Assembly: GCA_963712745.1 (NCBI GenBank)
Contig: CAVQJC010000011.1
Location: forward strand, 256,001 to 320,000
Reading direction: 5' to 3'
DNA length: 64,000 nt
Origin: an uncultured Chloroflexia bacterium
GTDB taxonomy: Bacteria > Chloroflexota > Limnocylindria > Limnocylindrales > CSP1-4
Shown: piece after piece, positions 21,201 to 31,503 of the stretch
How positions within the stretch are numbered: position 1 is the stretch's first letter
Layout: each line of letters starts with the position of its first letter
The notes under the pieces: generated by a model
Told to the model about the DNA's origin: nothing
The model's database searches: none
What the model saw: only the letters and a program-made list of their open reading frames with translations
Made by a program: the position numbers and the translations under genes

Positions 21201-21790
21201 GCATCACCGGTGACGAAGAGGTCTCGCTCCTCCGCGGCCCGGGACTGGTCCACCAGGACCTCTCCTGTCTCGACCCCGATGCGCAGGGCCAGCTCGGGAC
21301 GCTCGCCCGCCGTGGCCGCGAGTCCGGCCATGACCGCCTGCATCTCCAGGGCCGCCCGCACGGCCCGCTCGGGGTCGTCCTCGTGGGCGACCGGCACGCC
21401 GAAGACCGCTAGCAGGGCATCCCCAGCGAACTTCTCGATGGTGCCCTCGTAGCGCCGGACCTCGATGGAGAGGCGCTCGAACGTATCGCCAACGAGAGAT
21501 GACACGAGCTCGGGATCGTGCGTCTCGCCCAACCCAGTGAAGCCCACCAGGTCGGCGAACAGAAGCGTGGCCACCTTGCGCTCGCGGACGCGGTCGCGTC
21601 GCTGGTCCCTGCTTCGACTGTCGTTCGCGCCGACAGCGGCCCCCGAGGCCGCACCGCAGTGCTTGCAGAAGCGTGCATCTACATCGAGGGACGCGCCGCA
21701 TGCCCCGCATCGAGCCTCCACGGCGAGACCGCAGCCCGGGCAGAACCGGGCGTCGTCATCCAGCCTTCGGCTGCAGCCATGACATTCCAT
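18219..21790 (-). CDS. Double zinc ribbon + class III adenylate/guanylate cyclase + STAND ATPase + TPR protein; apparent frameshift at ~20150
   Basis: CxxC x4; LFADLVGFT, KFAGDA, GDAVNTAARLQ; GSAGVGKS Walker A; VVEDIHWAD; EGNPLF; one added base restores EI-PGSVQAVLTARLD. Confidence 0.9.
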
Positions 21791-22047
21791 CGACGCACCC
21801 TACAGGATTCGGATCTTGGGGCTAGATGGCTGGCGCACGCCGAGTTCGCGCTGTCCCCACAGTCCGCAGAACGCTATCCGTTGCTGCGCGACCCCTCCCG
21901 GCTTGCGCCGTCAGAGTGCCCTCGCGGACGGGAGAGACAGTCCGTCCGGCAGTGTCGGTGGAGCCCCGGGGGTGCGAACATGACGACCCACGCCATCCGA
22001 CTGCACGCCGGATCCCCCACGGCCGGTCACCGCAGGGGGTTCCACCC

Positions 22048-24040
22048 ATGCTCGCACCGCGCTTCGCCCTCGCCGCCGCTCTGCTCACGGGCGTCTGTGT
22101 CCGCACCCGCATCCGCCGCCGAGCCTGCACCGGCGTTCGCGCCGCCATTCGAGCCTGCTGCCTGCCCGTTCATCCTGCCGACCGGCCAGGTCGAGGGCGA
22201 GACCGTGGAGTGCGGCTATGTCGTCGTGCCGGAGGACCGCTCCGATCCGGACTCGGGCACCATCCGCATCGCGACGGCCATCTTCCATCCTCCCGGCGGG
22301 GCGACGCATCCCGACCCCGTCGTGTACCTGGAGGGCGGACCCGGCGGCAGCCCCCTGAAGCTGGCCGGGACGCTGCGCGACTTCGACAGCTCCTACCGTC
22401 CCTTCCTCGAGTCGGGCCGCGACCTGATCCTCGTCGACCAGCGCGGCGTCGGGTTCTCAGAGCCGGCGCTCGAGTGCCCGGCCTTCAGCCAGCTCTATCT
22501 CGACCTCCTCGACCAGCGCCTCGGTGAAGACCCGGAGCGCGTCAGCGGGGACAGGATGCGTGCCCTCAAGGTCGAGGCCCTGGCCGCGTGTGCAGACGAC
22601 CTGAGGGCATCGGCCGACCTGGGCGCGTACAACACCGCCGAGATCGGCGCCGACATCGAGGACCTGCGCGTCGCGCTCGGGCTCGAGCAGCTGAACCTGT
22701 GGGGCACGTCGTACGGCACCTGGGTGGCGCTGGCTGCCATGCGCGACCACCCCGGCGGCATCCGCAGCGTCATCCTCGATGCTCCGCTGACTCCGGAGGC
22801 CGATGTCTACGTCGACGCACCATCCAGCTTCGCCCGAGCCCTCGAAGAGGTCTTCGCCGCCTGCGCCGCGGATGCCGAGTGCGCACAGGCATTCCCGGAG
22901 CTGCCCGCTGTCCTGGCCGCGACGGTGGAACGGCTCGACGCTGTCCCGGTCGCGGTCGACATCCTCGATCCCATCGAAGGCCGGCGGGTGGACATGCTGA
23001 TCGACGGTTCGACCTTCCTCGAGCTGGTGTTCAGAGCGCTCTACCAGGCACCCATGCGGGCGGCCCTGCCCGCGATGATCGCCGATGCTCGCGAGGGGGA
23101 GTTCAGCACGCTCCTCAACATCGCTCAACTCGACGTGCTGCGGCAGGGCTTCCGCAGCTGGGGCATGTACTACTCGGTGCTGTGCCACGACGAGGTGCCT
23201 TTCTCCTCGCTCGAGGCCTTCGAGTCTGCTGCGGACGAGCATCCTGAGCTGGCCGGCATGTACAGCCACTTCGAGATCGGACCACTGCCGTTCGAGCTGT
23301 GCCCACTGTGGGACGCTGGCGCCGCGCCGCCGACCGAGAACCGCCCGGTCGATGGCGACATCCCTGTGCTGATCACGACCGGCCAGTACGACCCCATCGT
23401 GCCCCCGACCTGGGGCCGGCGGGCCACCGAAACGCTGACCGGCGCCTCCTTCCATGTGTTCCCAGGGCTGGCCCATGGCGCGAGCGGATCGCCGTGCGCC
23501 ACCGAGATGATGCTGGCATTCCTTGAGCAGCCCACGGCTGCGATCGATGCATCCTGCATCGCCGCGATGCCGATCGCGCCATTCGACATCCCCTCGGGCA
23601 CCGCCGCTGCCGTCGAGATCACGCTCGAGCCCTTCTCCAGCGACGCGGTCGGATTGCGAGGGGTTCGTCCCGGCGGCTGGAGCGAGCTTGCGCCCGGGCA
23701 GTTCGGCCGCAGGGCCACCGCCACCGATCCCACGTCGCTCGTCGTGGCACCACTGCCGCTGCTACATGACCAGGCGCTGGCGCTGCTGACCGACCGGTTC
23801 GGTCTGACTGGACCGCCAGAGCCGCTCGCGACGGTCTCGGCCGGCGAGCTCGACTGGACCCGCTACGGCACGGAGGTGCAGGGTGTGGCCATCGACTTCG
23901 CTATCGCGCCGTCAGGTGAGACCTCGCTCATCGCCGTGCTCACGAGTGCTCCCGCGGAGCGCGACCAGCTCGTCGACTCGGTCCTGCTACCGGTCATCGA
24001 AGGCCTTCGCCCGCTCAGCCAGGACTCCGGGAGCACATAG
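22048..24040 (+). CDS. Secreted TAP-like alpha/beta hydrolase; probable frameshift in the signal peptide at ~22090
   Basis: YLEGGPGGS, DQRGVG, WGTSYGT, DPIVP, AHG; signal peptide MLAPRFALAAALLT lies one frame off; alternative in-frame start at 21980. Confidence 0.8.
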
Positions 24041-24200
24041 AGGTTCGAGCCCGGTGGCCAGGGTTGCTGCGCCCAGGGCGGCGAGGGGAAACGAGTCTAG
24101 GGTAGTGTCGGTGGCAGGCACTGGCCGGCATGGCCATCGCCCGCCGTGGAGGCTTCAGGTGTCGCTAGTGACTGGGTAGCAGTCACCAGGAGGTAGAAAC

Positions 24201-25541
24201 GTGACCGAACAGTTCTTCAACGAGGTCTCAGGCCCCATCCCGTTCGCCGGAAAGGGCTCAGGAGAGCCGCTGTCGTTCAAGGTCTACGACCCCGATCGGA
24301 TGGTTCTTGGGAGGCGTATGGAGGAACACCTGCGTATCGGCGTCTGCCTCTGGCATTCGTTCGCGTGGGACGGCCGCGACATGTTCGGGGCCGGGACCCT
24401 CGATCGCCCGTGGCTCGACCCCTCGCTCGAGCCGATGGCCGCGGCGCGCTTGAAGATGGCCGCGGTGTTCGAGTTCCTCGAGAAGCTCGGCGTGCCCTAC
24501 TACTGCTTCCACGACGTGGACGTGGCGCCGGAGGGTGATTCCTACCGCGAGCTGCACGACAACCTGGACGCGCTCACCGAGGACGCCCTGGGCTACCAGG
24601 AGCGGACTGGCACCCAGCTACTGTGGGGCACGGCCAACCTGTTCACCAATCGGCGCTACCAGGCCGGCGCCGCGACCAACCCTGATCCCGAGGTCTTCGC
24701 CTACGCCGCAGCGCAGGTCTGTCACATGCTCGAGGTCACCCAGCGCCTGGGTGGCACCAACTATGTGCTGTGGGGCGGCCGAGAGGGCTACGACACGCCG
24801 CTCAACACGGACTTCCGCCGTGAAGGAGACCAGCTGGCACGGTTCCTGCACCTCGTAGCCGAGCACAAGGCCAAGATCGGCTTCGAGGGGACCCTGCTGA
24901 TCGAGCCCAAGCCGCAGGAGCCGACGAAGCACCAGTACGACTACGACTCTGCCACGGTGCACGGCTTCCTCACCCGCTATGGCCTCGACGGCGAGTACCG
25001 GCTCAACATCGAGGCCAACCACGCCACGCTGGCGGGCCACAGCTTCCATCACGAAGTCGCGTATGCGATGGCCAACGGCATGTTCGGCTCCATCGATGCC
25101 AACCGGGGCGACCCCCAGGTCGGCTGGGACACCGACCAGTTCCCGAACTCCGTCGAGGACCTGGTCATGCCCATGTACATCCTCTTGCAGGGCGGTGGTT
25201 TCACCACCGGCGGCTTCAACTTCGACGCCAAGCTGCGCCGTCAGTCCACCGACCGTAACGACCTGTTCCACGCCCACATCGGTGGCATCGACACCCTGGC
25301 CAGGGCCCTGCTCGTGGCCGCGGACATGGTCGAGGACGGCACCCTCGCGTCGATGGTCGAGGAGCGCTACGCGGGCTGGTCGGGCCACCTCGGCAAGACG
25401 ATCATGGACAGCGGCGCCTCGCTGTCCGACCTCGCTGGCCGAGTCAAGGCCGGTGAGATCGATCCGAGCCCGGTCAGTGGCCAGCAGGAACTCTACGAGA
25501 ACGTCGTCAACCACCACATCTGGGCAGGGTCGAACGACTAG
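24201..25541 (+). CDS. xylA: Xylose isomerase (class II)
   Basis: [37 protein letters not shown]; AGGAGG RBS. Confidence 0.97.
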   Translation: MTEQFFNEVSGPIPFAGKGSGEPLSFKVYDPDRMVLGRRMEEHLRIGVCLWHSFAWDGRDMFGAGTLDRPWLDPSLEPMAAARLKMAAVFEFLEKLGVPYYCFHDVDVAPEGDSYRELHDNLDALTEDALGYQERTGTQLLWGTANLFTNRRYQAGAATNPDPEVFAYAAAQVCHMLEVTQRLGGTNYVLWGGREGYDTPLNTDFRREGDQLARFLHLVAEHKAKIGFEGTLLIEPKPQEPTKHQYDYDSATVHGFLTRYGLDGEYRLNIEANHATLAGHSFHHEVAYAMANGMFGSIDANRGDPQVGWDTDQFPNSVEDLVMPMYILLQGGGFTTGGFNFDAKLRRQSTDRNDLFHAHIGGIDTLARALLVAADMVEDGTLASMVEERYAGWSGHLGKTIMDSGASLSDLAGRVKAGEIDPSPVSGQQELYENVVNHHIWAGSND

Positions 25542-25550
25542 CCCGTCAAG

Positions 25551-25582
25551 CAGCGGAGCCGGCACCAGGCACGGCTCCGCTG
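25551..25582 (+). terminator. GC-rich hairpin after xylA
   Basis: CAGCGGAGCCG / CGGCTCCGCTG 11-bp stem; no U-tract. Confidence 0.55.
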
Positions 25583-25803
25583 GCTTCGGGGAGCCTGGAG
25601 CCCGGCGGACCCGCCCAGCCTTCGCTGGCGCGGCGCGGGCGGTGAGGGCCTGGATCCACGACGCAACCGATCAGGCGGACTGATGGCTGCCGAGGACGAG
25701 TCGACCTTCGATCGTCTGGCCTGGAGCTCACGATGGCCCGACCGTGTCGGTGTATCGACCACGGCCGCGCCCGCGTGGCACAGCCGTGGTCGATGCTTCT
25801 TGC

Positions 25804-26189
25804 CTACCTACCCCGGATGGGACACTTGAAGTCCTTCGCAGCTCCCGCTCGATCGTGACGTCGCCCGCCGCCGCGGCGGCCAGGATGTCGGCCTCGGAGG
25901 TCAGCAGGGTCGGATCGGTGTTGAAGGTCACCTCCCGAACGGCCCACTTGCCACCGTGGTAGCCCTTGTCGCCGGGGCCCACCGCGGCCACGGCACCCTG
26001 CTCCTCACCGGGGAAGATGTAGAGCGCGTCGCGACCTTCTTGCGGCGAGGCCGCCGGTGGGACGATCGTCCGGACCAGTTGGCCGTCGAGCCAGAGCGTT
26101 CCGGTCGCTGGCTTGCCTGCGAAAGCCGGTGCCGCCGAGGCGATGACGAGGAGGCTCGTGAGCACGAGCCCGATGATGAGATGACGCAT
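25804..26189 (-). CDS. Small secreted hypothetical protein; probable frameshift near 25840
   Basis: GAGGAG RBS; signal peptide ending APAFA; GPGDKGYHGGKW core; shifted frame ends KDFKCPIRGR-stop. Confidence 0.65.
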
Positions 26190-26479
26190 GGCGTCTCCTC
26201 TCCGCTGAGGCCAGGTTCTCCGGCCGTCGGTACGCACGCTCTGCCTCTGCTGCGACGGTGGCGTGGCGGCCCGATGACGGAGCCGTGACCGTCGTGACGG
26301 GCGGATGACGCTCGTCGTTGGACATGCGGCGCGTCTTGTGCTGCTGATGCATCACGGAGCGCCCGTCAGCCTGGACTGAGGTCGCCTATCTGCTTACTCC
26401 ACCCTGACATCGGCGTGCCAGCACCCTGACGCCCAGGCCTGAGACTCCTTCCCATGAGAGGCCTCCACATCCGTGACCG

Positions 26480-27865
26480 ATGGCAACGCTGACGCACTCG
26501 GGCCCGGCTCCTGTGGGCCGCCACCTCGCTCAGCCTCGGACGTGGCCGATCCGTCCCACGGACATCGTGGTGACCCTGTTCGCGGCCGGGCTTCTCGTGG
26601 CCGGCATGTGGGTCGCCCATGGCGGACTCGACCAGCTGGGCACGCCCGCCGGGCTGATGACAGGCCTCGGTCAGGTCACGGCGCTGATCGGGACCTACCT
26701 CGCCCTCGCCCAGATCGTGCTCATGGCGCGCGTGCCCTGGATCGACCACGTCGTCGGCAGTGACAAGCTCATGGCCTGGCACCGCTGGCTGGGCATCGGC
26801 ACCATCACGCTCATCCTCACCCACGTCCTCCTGACCACGACCGGCTGGGCCATGTCATCGGGCTCGGGCGTGGTGGCCGAGTTCCTGGCCATGAACGAGC
26901 TGTGGGACGTTCTCATCGCCACCGTCGGCACCGCGCTCCTGACCATCGTGGCCATCACCTCCATCGCCGCGGTCCGCCGCCGCCTTGCGTACGAGACCTG
27001 GTACGGCCTTCACCTGTACGCGTACCTGGGCATCGTGCTGGCCTTCGGCCACCAGATCGCCATCGGCGCCGACTTCATCGGCGATCCAGTGGCCCTCTGG
27101 TTCTGGATCGGGCTCTACGCCGTCACCTTCGGCCTGCTCATCTGGTATCGGGTGCTGACGCCGATGCGCACGTCTGCTCGACACCGACTGCGCGTGGCCG
27201 CAGTCGTCCGCGAGGCGCCAAGCGTCGTGTCCATCTACCTGACGGGCCGCGATCTGCACGAGCTCCCGCTGCGGGCCGGCCAGTTCTTCCACGTCCGCTT
27301 CCTGCGTCGGGGTGGCTGGTGGCGGCCACACCCGTTCTCGATCTCGGCGGCGCCGAACGGCGAGTACCTGCGACTGACCATCAAGGACCTCGGCGACGAC
27401 TCGCATCGCATGCTGTCGATGCCGGCCGGCACACCCGTCTTCATCGAAGGTCCGTACGGAGCCTTCACGCGGGAGGTCATCAAGCGGGACCGCGTGGTGA
27501 TGCTCGCCGGCGGCGTGGGTGTGACCCCGCTTCGGGCGATCTTCGAAGATCTGGAGCCCGGTAGCCAGCACATCACCTTCCTCTACCGCGAGGGCAACCC
27601 CGCCGAGACCATCTTCCGGGAGGAGCTGCTCGCGCTCGCAGCCCGGCACCGTGCGGAGGTCCGCTTCCTCGAAGGGCACCGCGGCAGCCCGGCCATGCCG
27701 GTCGATCCGATGGAGCCGCGGTGGCTCCGATCACTCGCGCCACACATCGCCGGGTCGGACGTGCTCGTGTGCGGCTCCAGGTCGTTCACCGAGTGCGTGC
27801 TGGCCTCACTCGACACGCTGGGCGTCCCGGCCCGGCACATCCACGCCGAACGCTTTGGGTACTGA
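26480..27865 (+). CDS. Ferric reductase-like TM (heme b) + FAD/NAD-binding oxidoreductase
   Basis: WHRWLG, HV, LHLYAY and GHQ heme His residues; PHPFSIS, EGPYG, AGGVGVTP, VCG, ERF. Confidence 0.9.
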   Translation: MATLTHSGPAPVGRHLAQPRTWPIRPTDIVVTLFAAGLLVAGMWVAHGGLDQLGTPAGLMTGLGQVTALIGTYLALAQIVLMARVPWIDHVVGSDKLMAWHRWLGIGTITLILTHVLLTTTGWAMSSGSGVVAEFLAMNELWDVLIATVGTALLTIVAITSIAAVRRRLAYETWYGLHLYAYLGIVLAFGHQIAIGADFIGDPVALWFWIGLYAVTFGLLIWYRVLTPMRTSARHRLRVAAVVREAPSVVSIYLTGRDLHELPLRAGQFFHVRFLRRGGWWRPHPFSISAAPNGEYLRLTIKDLGDDSHRMLSMPAGTPVFIEGPYGAFTREVIKRDRVVMLAGGVGVTPLRAIFEDLEPGSQHITFLYREGNPAETIFREELLALAARHRAEVRFLEGHRGSPAMPVDPMEPRWLRSLAPHIAGSDVLVCGSRSFTECVLASLDTLGVPARHIHAERFGY

Positions 27866-27866
27866 C

Positions 27867-28445
27867 ATGCAGAACGATCAACGCGAACCCTCCCGCCTAC
27901 CCGTCAGGGGCACATTCGGCCTGGTCGGCACGGTGGCCGCCCTGGCGCTCCTGCTCTCGTTCCGCAGCGCGCCCTCGCTCCCGCCGGGGGCGACCGTGGC
28001 CAACGACGACGAGGAGACTCAGGCCATCGCCGCCACAGCGACCGAGTCCGGTGCCGCCGAGGCCGAGTCGGAGCCTGGCGCCGCAGCCCAGGCATCGGTC
28101 TCGGAGGTCGCCCCGGAGGAGACCATCGAGGCCGCCGCCGAACCGGTCACCGAGCTTGCCACCGGTGAGGCGCTCACCGCCACGGGCGACGCCATCACCA
28201 TCCGCTGGGGTGAGGTGCAGGTGGCCGTGACCGTTGAGGGCGACGACATCATCGACGTCGCGACGCTGGCCATGCCCATGAGTGACCGCCGCTCGCAGCG
28301 CATCAACACCTACGCCGAGCCGGTCCTGCGCGAAGAGGCCATCGCCATCGATAGCTCGGACGTCTCGGTCGTCTCCGGCGCCACGTACACCAGCCAGGCC
28401 TACGCGTCGTCACTGCAGTCCGCCCTGGACCAGCTGGGCGCCTGA
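27867..28445 (+). CDS. Membrane-anchored FMN-binding (flavinylated) protein
   Basis: N-terminal TM, low-complexity linker, WGEVQV...VSGATYTS flavinylation motif. Confidence 0.9.
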   Translation: MQNDQREPSRLPVRGTFGLVGTVAALALLLSFRSAPSLPPGATVANDDEETQAIAATATESGAAEAESEPGAAAQASVSEVAPEETIEAAAEPVTELATGEALTATGDAITIRWGEVQVAVTVEGDDIIDVATLAMPMSDRRSQRINTYAEPVLREEAIAIDSSDVSVVSGATYTSQAYASSLQSALDQLGA

Positions 28446-29242
28446 TGGTCATCGCATCGGCGCCACCGCCCGGCATCGCCACCCGCGATCCGGGGCGCCG
28501 GCGTGTCGAACGCGCGATGGGCACGATGATCAGCCTCTATCTGCCTGACGGCGGGGCTTCCTCGCCTCCGGTCGATGCCGCCTTCGCCTGGCTCCACGAG
28601 GTCGACGATCGGTTCAGCCCGTTCAAACCGGATAGCGAGGTCGGCCGCATGATGCGCGGAGAGGTTCGGCTGTCCCAGTCATCGGCCGACCTGGCCGAGG
28701 TGCTGGAGATCGCAGACACCGTGGAAGTGCTCAGCGGGGGCGCCTTCGATATCCGCGGCCACCGCGAGGATGGCCGGCCTGATCCGACTGGGGTGGTGAA
28801 GGGCTGGTCGATCGATCGCGCCGGCGCCATCCTCGCGGCCGCGGGCATCGCCCGGTTCTGCTTGACCGCCGGCGGCGATGTGCTCGTTCGCGGCGGGCAG
28901 GAGAAGGGTGTGCCCTGGAAGGTGGGTATCGCCCATCCCTTCGAGCCCGATTCCGTTGCGCTCGTGCTGCAGGGCGACGATCTTGCCGTGGCCACTTCGG
29001 GAACGACCGAGCGCGGGCATCACATCACCGATCCCCACTCGGGCAAGGCGGCCGACGAGCTGCTGACGGTGACCGTGGCCGGCCCCGACCTGGCGCGCGC
29101 TGACGCCTACGCCACGGCCGCATTCGCCATGGGCCGTGAAGGCCTGCGCTGGGTGGACGCGCTGCCGGGCTACTACGCCGCCGGCATCACCCACGACGCT
29201 CGCCTCGTCTCCACGCGAGGCCTCGATCGCCTCCGCGCCTGA
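28445..29242 (+). CDS. apbE: FAD:protein FMN transferase
   Basis: AMGT, FSPFKPDSE, GAFD, DPTGVVKGW, AGGD, VATSG, HITDP, ADAYATA. Confidence 0.92.
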   Translation: MVIASAPPPGIATRDPGRRRVERAMGTMISLYLPDGGASSPPVDAAFAWLHEVDDRFSPFKPDSEVGRMMRGEVRLSQSSADLAEVLEIADTVEVLSGGAFDIRGHREDGRPDPTGVVKGWSIDRAGAILAAAGIARFCLTAGGDVLVRGGQEKGVPWKVGIAHPFEPDSVALVLQGDDLAVATSGTTERGHHITDPHSGKAADELLTVTVAGPDLARADAYATAAFAMGREGLRWVDALPGYYAAGITHDARLVSTRGLDRLRA

Positions 29243-29332
29243 CAGGAGGCGCAGACGGTAGGTCCGCGTGTGTGATGCAATCGACGCTGACATCGTCACG
29301 GATGCACGACACGCTTGCTGGAGGGAGCCACC

Positions 29333-30244
29333 ATGGCGCAACTCGGGATCAACACCTGTTTCGCGGTGAAGCGCTGGCCTCGTCCGGCGGATTGGGCCCC
29401 CATCGTGCGCGACCGACTCGGCCTAGACCTTGTCCAAGTCTCGCTGGACCTGGTGGACGTGACGCAGAGCGAAGAGTCACTGGCCCGCCTCGTCGATGAG
29501 CACCTGGAGGCGGCGGCTCGTCACGGGATCCGCATCCACTCCGTCTTCACCGGCATCGCGGGCTACTCCTCGAACCTGCTGCTCCACCCGGACGAGCGCG
29601 AGCGGGATGCAGCGGAGCGCTGGTATGAGCGCGCCATCGCATTCACGGCGCGGCTCGGCGCCGAGTCGGTCGGTGGGCACGTCGGTGCCTACAGCGTCCC
29701 CGACTGGGCAGACGCGGAGCGGCGCTCCACACTGTGGGAGGAGCTCAAGGTCCGCCTGAGCCGGCTGGCGTCCGCGGCGCACAGCCGTGGACTCGAGGGG
29801 TTCCTCATCGAGAACCTGGCCGCCCGGCGCGAGCCTTCGACGATGGCCGACATCGAGTCGCTCATCACCGACGGTGACGACGAGCATGTCCCACTCCAGC
29901 TTTGCCTGGATGTGGGGCACATGTGCGTGCCTGGGACCGAGGGTGAAGAACGCGATCCCCATGCCTGGTTGCGGCGGCTGGGCCGTCGCGCGGCCGTCAT
30001 CCAGATCCAGCAAGGCGACGTCCTCGGCGACCGGCACTGGCCGTTCACAGCTGAGCACGATGAGGTCGGCCGCATCGTTCCGAGCAGGGTGCTGGAGACG
30101 CTGGGTCAGGCCTCGACGGCGCCGCTGATCTTCGAGATCATCCCCGCTTTCGAGGCTCCCGACGATGCCACGCTCGCCGATCTGGTCGAATCGGTGCGGC
30201 GCTGGCGCGAGGCGATGGCCGACTTCGAAGCATCCGCAAACTGA
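29333..30244 (+). CDS. Xylose-isomerase-like TIM barrel sugar(-phosphate) epimerase, EryC-like
   Basis: LGINTCFAVKRWP, NLLLHPD, LIEN, LDVGH, HWPF, FEI metal-binding pattern. Confidence 0.7.
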   Translation: MAQLGINTCFAVKRWPRPADWAPIVRDRLGLDLVQVSLDLVDVTQSEESLARLVDEHLEAAARHGIRIHSVFTGIAGYSSNLLLHPDERERDAAERWYERAIAFTARLGAESVGGHVGAYSVPDWADAERRSTLWEELKVRLSRLASAAHSRGLEGFLIENLAARREPSTMADIESLITDGDDEHVPLQLCLDVGHMCVPGTEGEERDPHAWLRRLGRRAAVIQIQQGDVLGDRHWPFTAEHDEVGRIVPSRVLETLGQASTAPLIFEIIPAFEAPDDATLADLVESVRRWREAMADFEASAN

Positions 30245-30401
30245 GCCTCACCGCGAGTGTCGATCAGGCTCGTCGTACTTCCTTCCGACGGCCTCGTCGG
30301 GCGGTCGAATCGGGGCGAATATCGATTGACAATCGTGGCACGATGACGACTGGGTGTACCGACGGTCCAGATCCAGGCAAGACAAGCATGGGAGATGTTT
30401 G

Positions 30402-31484
30402 ATGACCAGTGTTACCCGCTCTCGCGTTCACGCGCGAGTCGCCCTCCTCAGTGGCGCGGTCCTGACCGCATCGATGCTCGCTGGGGCGATGCCGGCAACC
30501 GCACAGGACGACGGGGCCGCGTTGGCCGAGTGCCTTGCTGCGGCCGAGCCCAAGACGTACGGGTATATCAAGCCCGGCCCGGACACGTGGTACCAGCGCG
30601 ACGTTGACGGCTTCGTCTATGCGGCCGAGGCCGATGGCAACGAGGTCGTCGTCCTCGACACCGAGTACGACTCCGAGAAGGAGATCGCCAACATCGAGTC
30701 GCTCATCAACCAGGGCGTCGATGGCATCAGCATGTTCTCATCGACCGAGGCGGGAGCGACCCTGGCCGCGGAGGAAGGGAACAAGGCCGGCATCCCGGTC
30801 GTCCTCACCGACAGCGTCGGGACGGTCATCGCCAACGGCACCGATCATGTCGCGTCCATCGACTTCGACTGGTACGGCATGGGCGAGTCCTACGCGCAGT
30901 GGATGGCCGACAACTACCCCGGTGAGACGTTCGCCATCCTGACCGGGTTCTTCATCTCGCCGCCGAGTCAGCAGATCAACGCGGGCATGACCGAGAAGGC
31001 CGCTGAGCTTGGCGTCAACACCCTCATCGAGCCCATCCTCGAGACCGAGTACAGCCCGGACAAGGCTCGCGACCTCGCCCAGGACCTGCTCTTCTCGGGT
31101 GAGGAGCCTGGCCTCATGTTCGTGATGGACGAGGACATGGCCACCGCGGTGATCCGCATGCTGCGCAACGAAGGCGCGCTGGACAATCCGGTCAAGGTCT
31201 TCGCTCAGAACGGCTCGCCGGCCGGCATCCCGCTGCTCCACGAAGGCTCGCTGAAGTACACCATCAGCAGCTCGCCTGGCTGGGAGGGCTATGTCGCCTA
31301 CCACGCGCTGAACAACTACGTCCAGGGCTGCACCGATGAGATCAACAGGCAGATCATGCTGCCGGTGATCCCGGTGACCCCGGAGAACGTGGACGATCCG
31401 ACCCAGGTCGTGCCCTGGGAGCCGGATGCCGTCTACGAAGAGCTGACCAAGACCCACTTCCCGGACTTGCTGCCCGCCGAGTAA
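30402..31484 (+). CDS. Sugar ABC (CUT2) substrate-binding protein
   Basis: Signal peptide ending ATA-QD; NIESLINQGVDGI, AGIPVV periplasmic-binding motifs; TTGACA upstream at 30326. Confidence 0.88.
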   Translation: MTSVTRSRVHARVALLSGAVLTASMLAGAMPATAQDDGAALAECLAAAEPKTYGYIKPGPDTWYQRDVDGFVYAAEADGNEVVVLDTEYDSEKEIANIESLINQGVDGISMFSSTEAGATLAAEEGNKAGIPVVLTDSVGTVIANGTDHVASIDFDWYGMGESYAQWMADNYPGETFAILTGFFISPPSQQINAGMTEKAAELGVNTLIEPILETEYSPDKARDLAQDLLFSGEEPGLMFVMDEDMATAVIRMLRNEGALDNPVKVFAQNGSPAGIPLLHEGSLKYTISSSPGWEGYVAYHALNNYVQGCTDEINRQIMLPVIPVTPENVDDPTQVVPWEPDAVYEELTKTHFPDLLPAE

Positions 31485-31503
31485 CGGGCACTCAACGGAC
31501 TGC

